Positions 48,864-61,447 are shown, counted from the whole stretch's first letter. The stretch is DNA of 62,910 bases, filler included, from Globobulimina sp. (GCA_003354225.1; 57 parts of 57 records of this genome joined end to end with filler, not necessarily neighbours in it), one strand, 5' to 3'. A program made the numbers and translations. The notes: generated from the letters alone by a model not told the origin.

Positions 48864-48958
48864 AGTCACTGACTTGTTGTTAGCAGCTGCGCAACTTAAC
48901 TACACAGAAAAGGGAGAAGCGTTTCCGTGTTATACCGCAGGATGAAGTTGAGAATAAA

Positions 48959-49651
48959 GTGCAGCAAAACTACGCAAACAGACACGCAAAAGGCACGACA
49001 ACGAACTATAACGGAACCATCGGACATTGGAAAATATACGCTAGGATGCAAAGAAAATCAACAACGGATTTCAGTGAATCAAACATCCGGATTTTCATTG
49101 CATGGAAGCAGCTAACAACAGGGATTGGATGGTCCGCAATGCACGGCCACAAATACGCAGTCAGGGATTTTGCGAAATCAAATGGGCATTACATTGACGT
49201 GATAGCCAAAGCAATGCCGAACTTGAATGATGACATAATCGGCGAAAAGAGAAGGAAACCATCGACCGGCGGATCCAAAGCAGTCGACAGGGACATCATT
49301 AAGCAATTTTATCAAGTCATTGATGATGACACCCAATACGATGCAAGGGATAAATTCATATGGAAGGCGCTCCTCGCAATCGGACATGACGCAATAAAGA
49401 GGGGGTCGGAGATCACATATGACGACGTCATGGAGGAAGGCCTCCAATTAAACAAATTCGAATTTGAGCATAAAATGGATATCAACGATCTGAGTAATAT
49501 GGAATGGACGCAAAGCAGTTACTGTACATACAACAGAACCAAAGGGAAAACGTACCAATTCGGAGCCAAGTTGACGGCCATATTAATCTGCAACTGCTAT
49601 AGCGACATTTGCGGACTTCACGCGCTAATAAATCTGATAAAATTCAAGATT
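48959..49651 (+). mobile_element. Tyrosine recombinase of DIRS/Ngaro (or Crypton) type, partial
   Basis: Core-binding-like N-terminus (GTTTNY...W...FIAW), WKALLAIGHDAIKRGSEI (catalytic Arg), KTYQFG, ICGLHAL. Confidence 0.8.
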
Positions 49652-49751
49652 NNNNNNNNNNNNNNNNNNNNNNNNNNNNNNNNNNNNNNNNNNNNTTAAT
49701 TAATTAANNNNNNNNNNNNNNNNNNNNNNNNNNNNNNNNNNNNNNNNNNNN

Positions 49752-50231
49752 ACAATGCAACAACACACTGCACTGTTTGGTGCTTTTTTCAAATGTTTCC
49801 GTTGCACCACAAAATTGAAAAATGGCATTAAATTCAGCTGCCGCATTTGCTGATAATTTTTCTGCAATTTGTTGCGAGAGATTTTCTAATTTAATTCCCT
49901 GTTTATAACAAACGCCAACGTCTTTGGTTGCCACTAATGTGTCACTCGATTTTTCGTCGTCATTTAAAGCAATAATAGGATTGGATAATATTTGTGCATT
50001 TTTCGATGTGTCCATAAAGGCTAATTGTAATGTTTTGGAATTTAACACTATAAAATAAAATTGTTTTGGATAATATCCCAACACCAACATATTAATTACA
50101 TCTGCTACGTTTTCCTTTTTTAATTCTTTTTGAATTGAACCAATATAGCCAGCAACCAATAACTCCAAAAGTTTAGCTGATATTTCGTGTTTTGCCATTG
50201 CTGCTTGTTTTTCTTCGGCGTGTTCTGGCAT
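49752..50231 (-). CDS. Hypothetical protein with LLVAGY...YY motif, 5' part
   Basis: LELLVAGYIGSIQKELKKENVADVINMLVLGYYP. Confidence 0.6.
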
Positions 50232-50281
50232 TGTGGCTTAAAAAGGAAAAAACCTCTCCTTTGAACCATTACGCGCCTACC

Positions 50282-50670
50282 ATGTTGGTTAGCCTCTTTT
50301 TCCTCATATTGATTAGATTTGGAGGATCGATATCAGTCTGTGATGATCTTGACATTTATTTCTTGATTGATACAGACTCATTAATTCATAATCATGCGGG
50401 TGTAGCAAGTGTGGTGGAAGCAATTATTGCAGACGGTTCAAGCGAAGATGCTGCATTCTCATTGCTCATATATGGGACTGCTGTCAGTGACTCTCAGTTA
50501 GCATCGCAATTAACGTTGTTAGACACACACGACACATTCAGGGCAAATAAATCGAGCACAATATTACAGCGATTACGACAAATGCATGATGGTGCAAATA
50601 CAGGTACATTTCGTGATATTTCTTTGGCGGATGCATTTACTGCGGCAACTCAACAAGTACAGCCACAGCG
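50282..50670 (+). CDS. Secreted protein with degenerate von Willebrand A domain, first exon
   Basis: Signal peptide, CDDLDIYFLIDTDS, FSLLIYG; GTATGT donor at 50671. Confidence 0.6.
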
Positions 50671-50856
50671 GTATGTTATGTCCGCACAATCGCAAATAAA
50701 TTAATTTGTCCTTAATATTATACATACGCACAATCGCAAATAAATTAATTTGTCCTNNNNNNNNNNNNNNNNNNNNNNNNNNNNNNNNNNNNNNNNNNNN
50801 TTAATTAATTAANNNNNNNNNNNNNNNNNNNNNNNNNNNNNNNNNNNNNNNNNNNN

Positions 50857-51105
50857 ATTTATGAGAGTATGGATTTAATTGAAATATATGAGATTATTAC
50901 AAATAATCAAAGAATGCCAATTCTGAGCTATCAACAATGTCAAAATCCGCAACTAAATCCACGTAACGGTTTCTATGCGGGGTCTGAAGCGATTTAAGAA
51001 TCTTATGTTAATTTAATGAAACAATGTTGGTCACAAAATCCAAATAATAGACCTACTTTTACTGAAATAAAAATAATATTGCAAGATATCGCCACTCAAA
51101 CCTAA
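50857..51105 (+). pseudogene. TKL/tyrosine-kinase-like C-terminal lobe with in-frame TAA at 50995-50997
   Basis: YVNLMKQCWSQNPNNRPTFTEI (kinase subdomain XI). Confidence 0.65.
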
Positions 51106-51369
51106 AATAGGACAGTTTTTATCTCTACACAACTTTGTGTTATTTTTGTGTATATATATACCAAATTTATTATTTACACCGATTTTTATGTTACTTTTAA
51201 ATGTATTAATACTTCTTTTTTTTAATTTTTCCTTCTGATTGGTTTGTTTTCTATTTTTTGCTTTATTCTCTGAGTTCGCGTCTTGGTTGTATCCATTGAA
51301 TGATGCTAAAAAAAAAAACGATACCTTTTCGACCAAAAAAAAAAATTCCTTGTTCTCCAGTCTTCGATC

Positions 51370-51861
51370 ATGGAAACAATGCCACCTTTAGAGCAACAAG
51401 AACAAACCACGCAGGTACCGGTTGACAACAAAAATAAACGTATATTTGAAATCAGTCCTTGTGATAATTACGAAGAAATAGTCGATGAATTTATGCATGA
51501 AATTAGAACAAATAATAACAATTGCTCGGACACAGACGCATTTACCAAATTAATAAAATATTTAAACCCATTATCAATGAATACAATATTTACCAAACAA
51601 ATAGGCAATAAAGCCGATATGATAAGTGTTTGTGGCTGGAATTTAATAAAATCATCATCAAATATTGAACAAATTACAATCATTTGTTATTTAGTTGAAT
51701 ATGTTTATAAGAAAGTAAAGAAACAATCAAATCCGTCAATAGTCTCCATCCGCAACAGTAATATTTACAGAAATAAAATATTTAATAAATTAAACAATGA
51801 AATTCAACATAACTTACAATTAAATTCATTGTCATTAGATATATTATCATTAATTATTTCT
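51370..51861 (+). CDS. Hypothetical protein, 5' part
   Basis: ATG-initiated frame open to the contig edge. Confidence 0.5.
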
Positions 51862-51982
51862 NNNNNNNNNNNNNNNNNNNNNNNNNNNNNNNNNNNNNNN
51901 NNNNNTTAATTAATTAANNNNNNNNNNNNNNNNNNNNNNNNNNNNNNNNNNNNNNNNNNNNTAAAAAAATGAGAGTTTATAG

Positions 51983-52966
51983 TTTTTCCCATTTCACTGG
52001 GCCTCGGATAAAGATTTGTTTCAATATAATTCAGTTTGGCCCGAACCACAGGACTACGTCGAAGTCAAAGAAAATGACAAACAAACATTCATGAAATTCT
52101 ATGTCAGTGAGCGAGCATCAAAACCCACTTTTAATCTGTTGAAAAACCTTGTCGATTACACAAAAATTGATTGTGTGGTAAGTGAAATTTAGTCTGCATA
52201 ATATAAGAGCAAATTTTTTCTGTTAGGTTATGTGGCATTCATGCTCAAAATTTTTCGAGCTTGTTATGGAATTGGAAAATATTAACCCATTGATTCATAT
52301 TAGCATCAGTTCACTAACCTCAATGATTTATCGAACTAATCATTTACCAAAAGACATCAGTTTGGCAATTATAACCGATCAAGACTGCTCGGCCATATGG
52401 AAGAATGTGCAGTCAAAAATAGCCTATAAATATTTATCGTATGTGCAAACGCATGAAATTAGCGATTTGAAACATAGCGGAAATTCGGGTCGCGAATTTG
52501 GTATCAGTTCATACAAAGCAGATGGTGTGTCAGAAAGCAGACGTTTGGTGATCGAGGTAGAGTAGAATATAATTAAAATCTACTTTTTCCACTCGTGTAT
52601 TTTAGGTTGCGTCTTGCATGCATCATGCTCATCTCGATCCCATTTGCAAATATTACTTTGCAGGAAAGGAAAGTGCGCGCTTCCCTTTAGACAATGGAAT
52701 GACATATGAAGACGTTTTTGCAAAGTTTATGTCAAGAATCGATGAAATTATCAAACAGGGGTGGAGTGTTCGTTTGATTTGGTGTTGCCAAATTGAAACT
52801 GATAGGTCAAAAAACCAAAAAATGGATTCTTTTTTTAAAACTTATGAGAAGGACGAAACGGAGATGGAGCCGATTCAGGCGAGAGACGCACTATTTGGGT
52901 GAAAAGATTGCTTGCTATATTGCATTCATCATTATTTATCTATTCTAGAGGTAGAGTTGATTCGGG
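51983..52966 (+). mobile_element. Polinton/Maverick-type protein-primed DNA polymerase B fragment with Vsr-like insertion, split by introns 52178-52226, 52557-52605, 52899-52948
   Basis: Spliced frame open: FFPFHW..., DYTKIDCV|VMW (ExoIII), QSKIAYKYL, YKADG...VIE|VASCMHH, GWSVRLIWCC, PIQARDALFG|GRVD. Confidence 0.85.
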
Positions 52967-53188
52967 NNNNNNNNNNNNNNNNNNNNNNNNNNNNNNNNNN
53001 NNNNNNNNNNTTAATTAATTAANNNNNNNNNNNNNNNNNNNNNNNNNNNNNNNNNNNNNNNNNNNNTAAGTGTTTGTACCTATTCATAAATTAATATATG
53101 AAATAATTATTGCAATTCAACATAGAGATCTGATGCAGAGCAAATATTACTAAATGATGGTCAATTATTTGTCTTTTTAGATGAATAT

Positions 53189-53878
53189 TTGAGTGAATAT
53201 CATATGCACCAAAAAAATATTAACATTAATGATGGTTCGGGTGATATGCCAATGAATAATAACAATGATAATGAGGTGATAGATGATAAATTAATCCATA
53301 TATCACAAATATTTGTGGAAATCGGCCGTATTATCGACAAAGAATATCATTCAGATCAAAATAAAAAAGCAGCCAAATTAAAATCAGAATATGATAAATG
53401 GAAAAAAAAAGGATTTAAAAAAAGAGCCAGTCTGAAGCCATTAAATATGAATCGATTGGTACAACAATTAAAACAGCAGCAACATAAACGCTCTTTGGCA
53501 AAGGATATCGATTCAATTAATGAATTGCAACATTTATATTTTATAAATCCAAATTTTAAAATTAAACGTAAATCCAAATCTAAAAGAACCATGCAATCAA
53601 TCAAGAAACTATTTAACTATTCACAAAGTGATCAAGTTACTGGTAATGACGAAGAGAAACATTTTAAAGAAATGGAATCTGCGATAATGACAAAAATTAA
53701 ACAGGAGATTGGCAGCGCATATAAGGAATATAAGAGAGAGAAAGGAAAAATACCAAGCGATATACAAGCGTTTGTTAATTATTGTAAAAAGAAAAAAAAT
53801 ATAAAAAAAGCAAATTGGGCATTATGTCAATCGGTTATCAAGCAATTTGAGACGAATTTAAATTCTGTTCAAGAATAA
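53189..53878 (+). CDS. 3' exon of hypothetical protein carrying the C-terminal module shared with 24908-25135
   Basis: KQEIGSAYKEYKREKGKIPSDIQAFVNYCK...NLNSVQE*. Confidence 0.75.
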   Translation: MSEYHMHQKNININDGSGDMPMNNNNDNEVIDDKLIHISQIFVEIGRIIDKEYHSDQNKKAAKLKSEYDKWKKKGFKKRASLKPLNMNRLVQQLKQQQHKRSLAKDIDSINELQHLYFINPNFKIKRKSKSKRTMQSIKKLFNYSQSDQVTGNDEEKHFKEMESAIMTKIKQEIGSAYKEYKREKGKIPSDIQAFVNYCKKKKNIKKANWALCQSVIKQFETNLNSVQE

Positions 53879-55276
53879 TTATATGTGTTGTGTTTGTAGT
53901 TTTTTTTTCAACCAAAATTTACATCATAATCCTTACTTTAATCAACATCATCCTTTTGTAAGTTGTCGCAGCGTCATGGTAGCTGATCTCCAACCTGAAT
54001 GGTTATATTTATCAGCTATTCTCGGCATTATCGGAGCTGTGGTTATAGCAATAATTGGAGCACACTCAATGNNNNNNNNNNNNNNNNNNNNNNNNNNNNN
54101 NNNNNNNNNNNNNNNTTAATTAATTAANNNNNNNNNNNNNNNNNNNNNNNNNNNNNNNNNNNNNNNNNNNNCGTTGTCGAGACAGCCTCAGCCGAATTAG
54201 GAACCGGTCAGGCACTGAGTTATAAAGAGACGAAAAGGCATGACCCCAAGTTTCGACTCTAGTTACTGTCAGTTAAAGGCGACAACGTGTGTTTTGGCCA
54301 ACGACGGTTGATATTTGAACCAAAACACCTATCCGTAATTAATATCCGTAATTCCGTATAAAATTATATTATAAAATAAAAATAGCACAAGATTATAGTG
54401 CTGGTTTGTATTTGGATTTTTGGGAATCCAATAAAATAATAAGCACCTCCTGCAATGCACGCTCCCGTTACAAATAAATAAAAGCATGAAGAGTGATAAA
54501 AACTTTAATTTACTTGACAGTTTTGTCTGTTAATAAAATGGTCATACAAAAAACTATTATTACAACCCGAATACAATCTGATTTGTTGCAATTGTTTTGT
54601 GTATAAAATTTGAAAGTACGAGTTATTGGTTGAACTGGAAGGATCCCAGTAATTAATTTTTTTTATTCTTGTTTAGAAAGTTTGAAAGATACAAAAGTGA
54701 ATTCAATAAAACGAAACCCGACTCACCTCGCTGCGCTCGGTGTTGAAAAAATAACAAAAAAAAAACACCCACCCACCAGCCAGCCACCCACCCACGCCTC
54801 GCTTCGCTCGGAGAAACTCATTAAACACAAAATGAAACTCATTGATTCGAGTTGATGTCGGACAAGAAATAGGTGGACAGACCAATCATAATCGAGTAGA
54901 AATGACAAAGCAATCAATTATATTTTTAATTTTTGCCATACACAAACTGCAAATAATTTTGTTGTCTTAAATAAATTGAAAAAAACCAGAAAGAAAGAAA
55001 AGTTGAATGTCACTCAATTAAAAGTTGAAATTGTCAGTAGACTGTCTTTTTGTTTTGTTTTTCGCAGTTCTCGAGTTTGAGTTTGAGTTTGAATCGAAAT
55101 CAGTAGCAGTTGCTGTCGCTCTTCTTTTTATTCTCGACTTTGTTTGAATGTGTTTCTTGAAAGAAAGAGATGACAANNNNNNNNNNNNNNNNNNNNNNNN
55201 NNNNNNNNNNNNNNNNNNNNTTAATTAATTAANNNNNNNNNNNNNNNNNNNNNNNNNNNNNNNNNNNNNNNNNNNN

Positions 55277-55451
55277 AAAATATGTTTGATCTCTCATTTA
55301 ATGCTACGGTTTCCATCTGACTTTTTATTATATTTTTAATCATTTGCAATTCCATAAATTGTAACATTGGAATAAGATCATTGACTGATGTGGCTTCATC
55401 AATTCGTTGATAGATCAGATTTTTATGATTATGATACTCTGCGGCTGCCAT
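55277..55451 (-). CDS. Hypothetical protein, 5' end
   Basis: MAAAEYHNHKNLIYQRIDEA..., open to the contig edge. Confidence 0.45.
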
Positions 55452-55563
55452 TGTCAAAAAGGTTAATTGTCAGACGGTTCTCAAAAACAACACTTCACTC
55501 CTTTCATTAACTTTTGCATTCTGTCTTGCAAACCACACAGCGAACCCTAAAGAGTTCAAAAAC

Positions 55564-56281
55564 ATGACATCAACTCCACCATTATCAACTGGTGAAAAAG
55601 CACTGGATCTAGAACAAGAACCATTGGATTTTTTCACTATGCCAATGCCAGACGCTCTTACCATAACTCGTCAGCAAACAGATCAAACCATGGCCAATGA
55701 CGTAACCCCAATCGAACCGGATAATGGCAACAATGCATTTGCGATGCCCGCACTCATAACCCGTCAAAAAACAGATAACACTCCGCATAGCACCGAAGCA
55801 AATGCAACCATCCCATCCATGAACAATAACAATAGCAATAATGATGAAGCGGAAATTATTTTGCCGCCTACATTATTGCGACAAAAGACTGACAACACAC
55901 TACACAGCAAACAAACTCGTCAGCAAACAGATGATACGAAAAACAATAATAAAAACGAGCTGTATGAGATGGCCACTTTAGATACGTTAGATATGCCGCT
56001 ACAAATAAGCCGACAACAAACGGATCAGACAGATAAAGACATTCATAACAAATCGCCATCGCCATCGCCAGATATGCCCTCAGTGAATGACTTATTATTA
56101 GCTCCAATAACCCGACAGCAAACTGATCAGAATATCAATGAAACTGATATGGAAGTAATGGAAGTTGACCATGATAGCCAGGCGAATGAAGCAGTGTTAT
56201 TCGATTTTGATAGCATGAATCTCGAACGTCAACAAACTGATATATTGGTGGAAAAAAAAGAGTTGGTTGGGGACGATATTG
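55564..56281 (+). CDS. Disordered protein with seven RQ(Q/K)TD repeats, 5' part
   Basis: ITRQQTD, ITRQKTD, LLRQKTD, QTRQQTD, ISRQQTD, ITRQQTD, LERQQTD. Confidence 0.75.
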
Positions 56282-56381
56282 NNNNNNNNNNNNNNNNNNN
56301 NNNNNNNNNNNNNNNNNNNNNNNNNTTAATTAATTAANNNNNNNNNNNNNNNNNNNNNNNNNNNNNNNNNNNNNNNNNNNN

Positions 56382-57210
56382 TGCGCCTAAAAAATCTGAA
56401 ATGGCCAATTTTAAGCAAAACAAAAATGAGCTTGCCATTGTAGCAGCAAATAAAAATGAGCAAGCATGGGATGGCGATTATGGCTCAGTCACAGTGCATG
56501 ACAAAACTAATAATATTATGGAAGAAGACTTGTCGTTGAGCTTAGAGGCAAATGCAGTGAAAGATAATTTATTACATGGTTTGAATGTGGACATTTTGGC
56601 AGATTTAAGTAAAAAAGAAGAGAAAATTCGAAACGAATCGGAGAAATTTGACCCGCAGGTCGAGGAATCATTTGCTTGGTTGCAAGTATTGACTGCCACA
56701 TTTGCCATCGTAGCGCATGGAAGCAATGATGTGGCGAACGCAGTGGCACCGTTTGCAGCGATGATTGGGATATTTCGAGATGGCCTGGTTTCAGCCAATG
56801 TCGATGTGGATTGGTGGGTGTTGGCCATTGGTGGCCTCGGAATGAGCCTTGGTTTGGCAACCTTTGGATATAAAGTAATCAAGGCATTGGGTGCAAGAAT
56901 GGCAGCCATGAGCTGTACAAGAGGTTATTGTATACAATTAAGCTCAGCAACTACTATTATTTTGGCATCCTATTATGGACAGCCTGCGTCTTCTACGCAT
57001 GCACAAGTTGGAGCAACGGTCGGTTGTGGTTTAATGGAATTATTGAATCCAAATTCAAAATTAAAATTGCATGATGTTGTTAATTGGACTTTACTGTTGC
57101 AAATATTTTTTGGTTGGATTATGACATTGCTTGTAAGCGGATTAACAACAGCTGGCATATTTTCATTGTTAGCTTATTCGCCGGCTCATCATTCTGTTTG
57201 TGATGGATAG
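56382..57210 (+). CDS. Inorganic phosphate transporter, PiT/PHO4 family, C-terminal domain
   Basis: LQVLTATFAIVAHGSNDVANAVAP, GYKVIKALG, PASSTHAQVGATVG. Confidence 0.95.
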
Positions 57211-57486
57211 GATAGCCAGGCCAACTAAAATTTGATTTACATTATGTAAATATAAATACATTAATTTATTGAATTATCGATTTTCATTTGTTTCTTACCA
57301 TTAGTTAGCCACAATTTAGAATGTAAATATGATTATTTTTACGATGTGGCTCTTTCCACAGAAACGGTACGATTTTGTGACCTTTTNNNNNNNNNNNNNN
57401 NNNNNNNNNNNNNNNNNNNNNNNNNNNNNNTTAATTAATTAANNNNNNNNNNNNNNNNNNNNNNNNNNNNNNNNNNNNNNNNNNNN

Positions 57487-58491
57487 AATGCTACAAAGTC
57501 CCCCATTTCCGATCATTATATGATTTTTACTATTTTTGATGTACCAAAACATCACTCTGATCCCATAAATTCGCCTCCGATACATAAAATATTTCACGCA
57601 AATAATGTAAATTATCGCTTTGCACGGCCAAAATCTTTAAATTTATATAAAATACATACAATTAAAGCATTATCACAGTTGCAACAATATATTAATAATT
57701 TAATTAAGCCAAATAAATCCGTAATTGATGATATTGCACATCGATTTTATTGTATTATACACAAAAATGCAGCAAAATATATTGGCACAATCCAGAAACG
57801 AAAATATAAATATCGTCAAATTTGGTGTACAGATGAAATCATTGAAGCTAGCAATAATTTGCGAATACTGAAACGAGACTGGCTGTCATGTATTGATCAT
57901 ACAAAAAATGCGAAATTTACTCTGTATAAACAACATAAAAACGCCTTAAAACACTTATGTACAAAAGCAAAAAAGGCAAAGTTGAGACAAAATATAGACT
58001 TAACAATTACAGGTAATCGTAATATATACAAATCAATGCGTTATCTACGCAAAATAGGCAAAAGCAGCCTGCGTAAGCACTGTATACCGTATCTTATTCA
58101 TAATGATAATCCAAATGATAATGCCTCACTCATTCATAATAACCATATTAAAGCCAATCTATTTGCGAATAAATTCTGCCATCGAAAAATAAATGATATT
58201 AATTATGAAACTATGGATAGACTTAAATTCAAAACAATCCCTTTGAAAGATGAGATTTATCCATGTACGGCAATTATGAATAATATATCCACTGATATTT
58301 TGTACGCAAATCAACCAAAAAATCCTCGTGTAATTCAACACGACGCACATTATCATAATGCAAAGAATACCTTAGATAGCCCAATAAATGCGTTTTTGGT
58401 TCGGTATATATTTAAAATTGTAAACAAAAAATGTAATCACGGTATCGGTATTCATATACAATTGCTTTTGTTCCTTGATCCTTTCATTATT
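57487..58491 (+). mobile_element. Non-LTR retrotransposon ORF2, from end of AP endonuclease to start of RT
   Basis: ISDHYMI (APE end), IWCTDEI, KANLFANKF, LDSPINAFLVRYIF...HGIGIH. Confidence 0.75.
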
Positions 58492-59755
58492 NNNNNNNNN
58501 NNNNNNNNNNNNNNNNNNNNNNNNNNNNNNNNNNNTTAATTAATTAANNNNNNNNNNNNNNNNNNNNNNNNNNNNNNNNNNNNNNNNNNNNAGGCCAGAC
58601 TCTGCTACGGATGCAGAACATCACAACCAAACCAAGTGGGTTAGTCATAATTTACGTAAAAACTGCTATATTTTATTGAGCCACACATTCATAGAGTATA
58701 ATAACTATGTATGCCGTACCTACCGTATCATAGGGCAGTAAAAACTGACATAATATTGCGATCCAGTAGTACCATATTAAGTCACTGCCGCCTGTGTGTA
58801 CTATAACAGACAGCGGTCTAGCCATACTTTTTACTCTATGGCATAGACGAACAAAACAGTGTATAATACCATAAACTATAACTGACACAATTTTAGCTCA
58901 TGCCTGCGTATATGGTGTAAGAGCTGAGGTGTTATTTGGGTCATCTAAATCGGCAAAAACAATTGTAAAAATACTGGGCCGGTCCAATATCATCCAAACC
59001 TACTTCCATCGTGTCACATCCGGTTCATACAGTCCGGAAGTTCGTCGAGCCGCCATGGCCTTCTTGGCCACCTTTCCAGTGCAAAGATTGCAGGAATCAG
59101 CTGAATTCCGACAAGAAATTCGTGATTTTTACGAGAACAACACACATAAAGTCTATGAAGCATTGGAACGATCATATTTATAAGTATTACTGTATTATAG
59201 CCATATATTGCACCGTTTATGCTACTGCTTGTCCCAGATATACGTTTTTATTAACCATAAAACACTTTCCGACTATTTGCGTCAATTAGGGCGGGGTCAT
59301 AAGTCGTCGACTGGATCTAATCACCTGTTATAATGTCTCAACTAATGTTTTCGCAAGCCCCGGTCTCATAGACTAAGACTGACTTCATAGATCGACTTCT
59401 AGTTGACTCTGCCGTATCATCGTCGTCCCAAGTTACATGGCCGCCTTTGGATACACTTGGTGTGGTATAAATACAGAACGTTTTCCACTCTGCTCACTCA
59501 GTCCAAGCTCTATCGTCACTCTTACTATATTCATTATTCGTCTTATTTTGTTTCAACATGAACCGAACGACACAATTCACCACGGAAGCCATCGACNNNN
59601 NNNNNNNNNNNNNNNNNNNNNNNNNNNNNNNNNNNNNNNNTTAATTAATTAANNNNNNNNNNNNNNNNNNNNNNNNNNNNNNNNNNNNNNNNNNNNAATA
59701 AAGAGAGGCAGTCCATTGCTTTGAATGTGTTTTTGAGGATAATTTGCATCGATTA

Positions 59756-60202
59756 TTAGTCCGCCAAATTGCAATCACACATTTTACAGATTGCAGTGTT
59801 GATGGTTTTGATGGCTATGCTCAGCTCATTGTATTTGAGGAATTGTCTCTTTTCAAAATCAAACAAAGAGAACAAAGCATTGACTTTGCGGTTGAAGGAA
59901 GATTTGGATATAATACAAATGGCAGTAAATATTTGAAGAGCGGACTGCTTGTTTTTATCCTCTCTGTCCCAAATTGTCCAAGATTTACTGGATTGTTCTG
60001 GTGAGAGTTGGAAGAATTTTGTGTAGATTTCTTTGTTCATTGACCACCCAAATGATGGTGAATTATTTTCAAAATCTTCCACTTTGTCATACCACGCTTT
60101 TATGTCCCAACCACTAAATACCTCCAATCCGGATTGCAATTCAATCTCTGTACTTGTCGATAATCCCATTGTGCAGTCAATAAAATGTGCGACGTACGTC
60201 AA
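59756..60202 (-). CDS. EF-hand-containing protein fragment
   Basis: SFNRKVNALFSLFDFEKRQFLKYNELSIAI. Confidence 0.6.
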   Translation of the reverse strand: MTYVAHFIDCTMGLSTSTEIELQSGLEVFSGWDIKAWYDKVEDFENNSPSFGWSMNKEIYTKFFQLSPEQSSKSWTIWDREDKNKQSALQIFTAICIISKSSFNRKVNALFSLFDFEKRQFLKYNELSIAIKTINTAICKMCDCNLAD

Positions 60203-61447
60203 CAGAATGCATTATTAATTAAATGCTAATCCCAATAATCAATAGTATCAAACAAATGGTAGCATAGAACTCGACAAATATAATTTATGAGCTGCTTTAT
60301 TTCAAATCTTTCTTTTCATACCTTATCACTGCATACGCTTTGGGCTTGTCAAGTAGTGCGATAATCGGTGGAATGAGTTAATTCCGACATGATAGGAGGA
60401 CTGGTTTATGGCGTGGTTACGGGTGAGGCGATTGGTCATTATTCTACGCAATAAAAAGAGAAAATTGAAGTTCTAGCATTTGGAAAATTGAAGTTCTAGA
60501 TTAATTGCATTTTTCTGTACTATATTTAAATTTTTTCTTTGTTGATCTAAAATTTCTATTTCTTGAATGTTTAGTTTTGAGTTGTTGAAAGCCCATAAAT
60601 CTCAAATCCATGACACGATATCTGATAATAACCACTTGAATTCTTTCCTGTGATATATATTCTGAACATTCTATATGATTTATTACAATTTGAAATGTTC
60701 CNNNNNNNNNNNNNNNNNNNNNNNNNNNNNNNNNNNNNNNNNNNNTTAATTAATTAANNNNNNNNNNNNNNNNNNNNNNNNNNNNNNNNNNNNNNNNNNN
60801 NACCAAAACATAGCAAAATCAACACAAAACAAACATAGCATAAATATATAAAAAACAAACGGAGCACGGATCTAAAAACAAACAAACAGAAGCAAATTAG
60901 CAACAAAAATAACGCAAATAAATAATAGAAACAATAGAAAAACAAACAAAGTATCCGGACAAAAACAAAGACGAATGTACAATCTTGACTTAACAAAATA
61001 AAATAAAATATAACAAAAGCAAAAGCAAAACCTATTATGTCACTGTTATTATATTGTTGTAACAGTGAAATTATTACTATTATTCTGTTGGAGTAGCTAT
61101 AGTTGGATATCTTGAACTAAGTTATAAGTGAAAGTTGCAGCTGCTAAATATTGTGGAGTTGCTATAGTTTGATGTCCTGAAGGAGCAGTAGGATTTGCTG
61201 TGTTTGACCATGGGGTAACGGCATAAAATAATAAATAAACTACCAAGATATAGGTCCATGTGTAATATATCTTGTAGGTGTTGGTGTTATGTATGATATA
61301 TTTACAAAACTGAGTGATAATGACATTTGATAAATGTGTATGAAATTGATGAGCTATGGTTATGCCCATAGACTTGAGCAGTAATAAGAGCATTAATAAG
61401 GGCATAATTTGAGCATTGATACGGGCGAAATTGTAAAGCGCAAGAAA

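Noticed and set aside
47542-49651. Adjacent RT and tyrosine recombinase as one DIRS-like or novel RT-YR system
   Set aside because: Separated by an artificial linker, so they are different contigs; the RT is LINE-like rather than DIRS-like
50683-50756. 30-bp direct duplication at the contig end
   Set aside because: Local duplication inside a probable intron or an end-of-contig artefact; no further structure
54172-54287. Possible hammerhead or other structured RNA (CGTTGTCG...CGACAACG closure; CTGA...GTCGAAAC on minus strand)
   Set aside because: Core reads CTGACAG rather than CTGANGA and stems could not be built convincingly; needs an Infernal search
58592-59596. Possible exon at about 58923-59183 and the ORF at 17303-17566
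   Set aside because: Coding-like, but no family could be recognised, so no call was made
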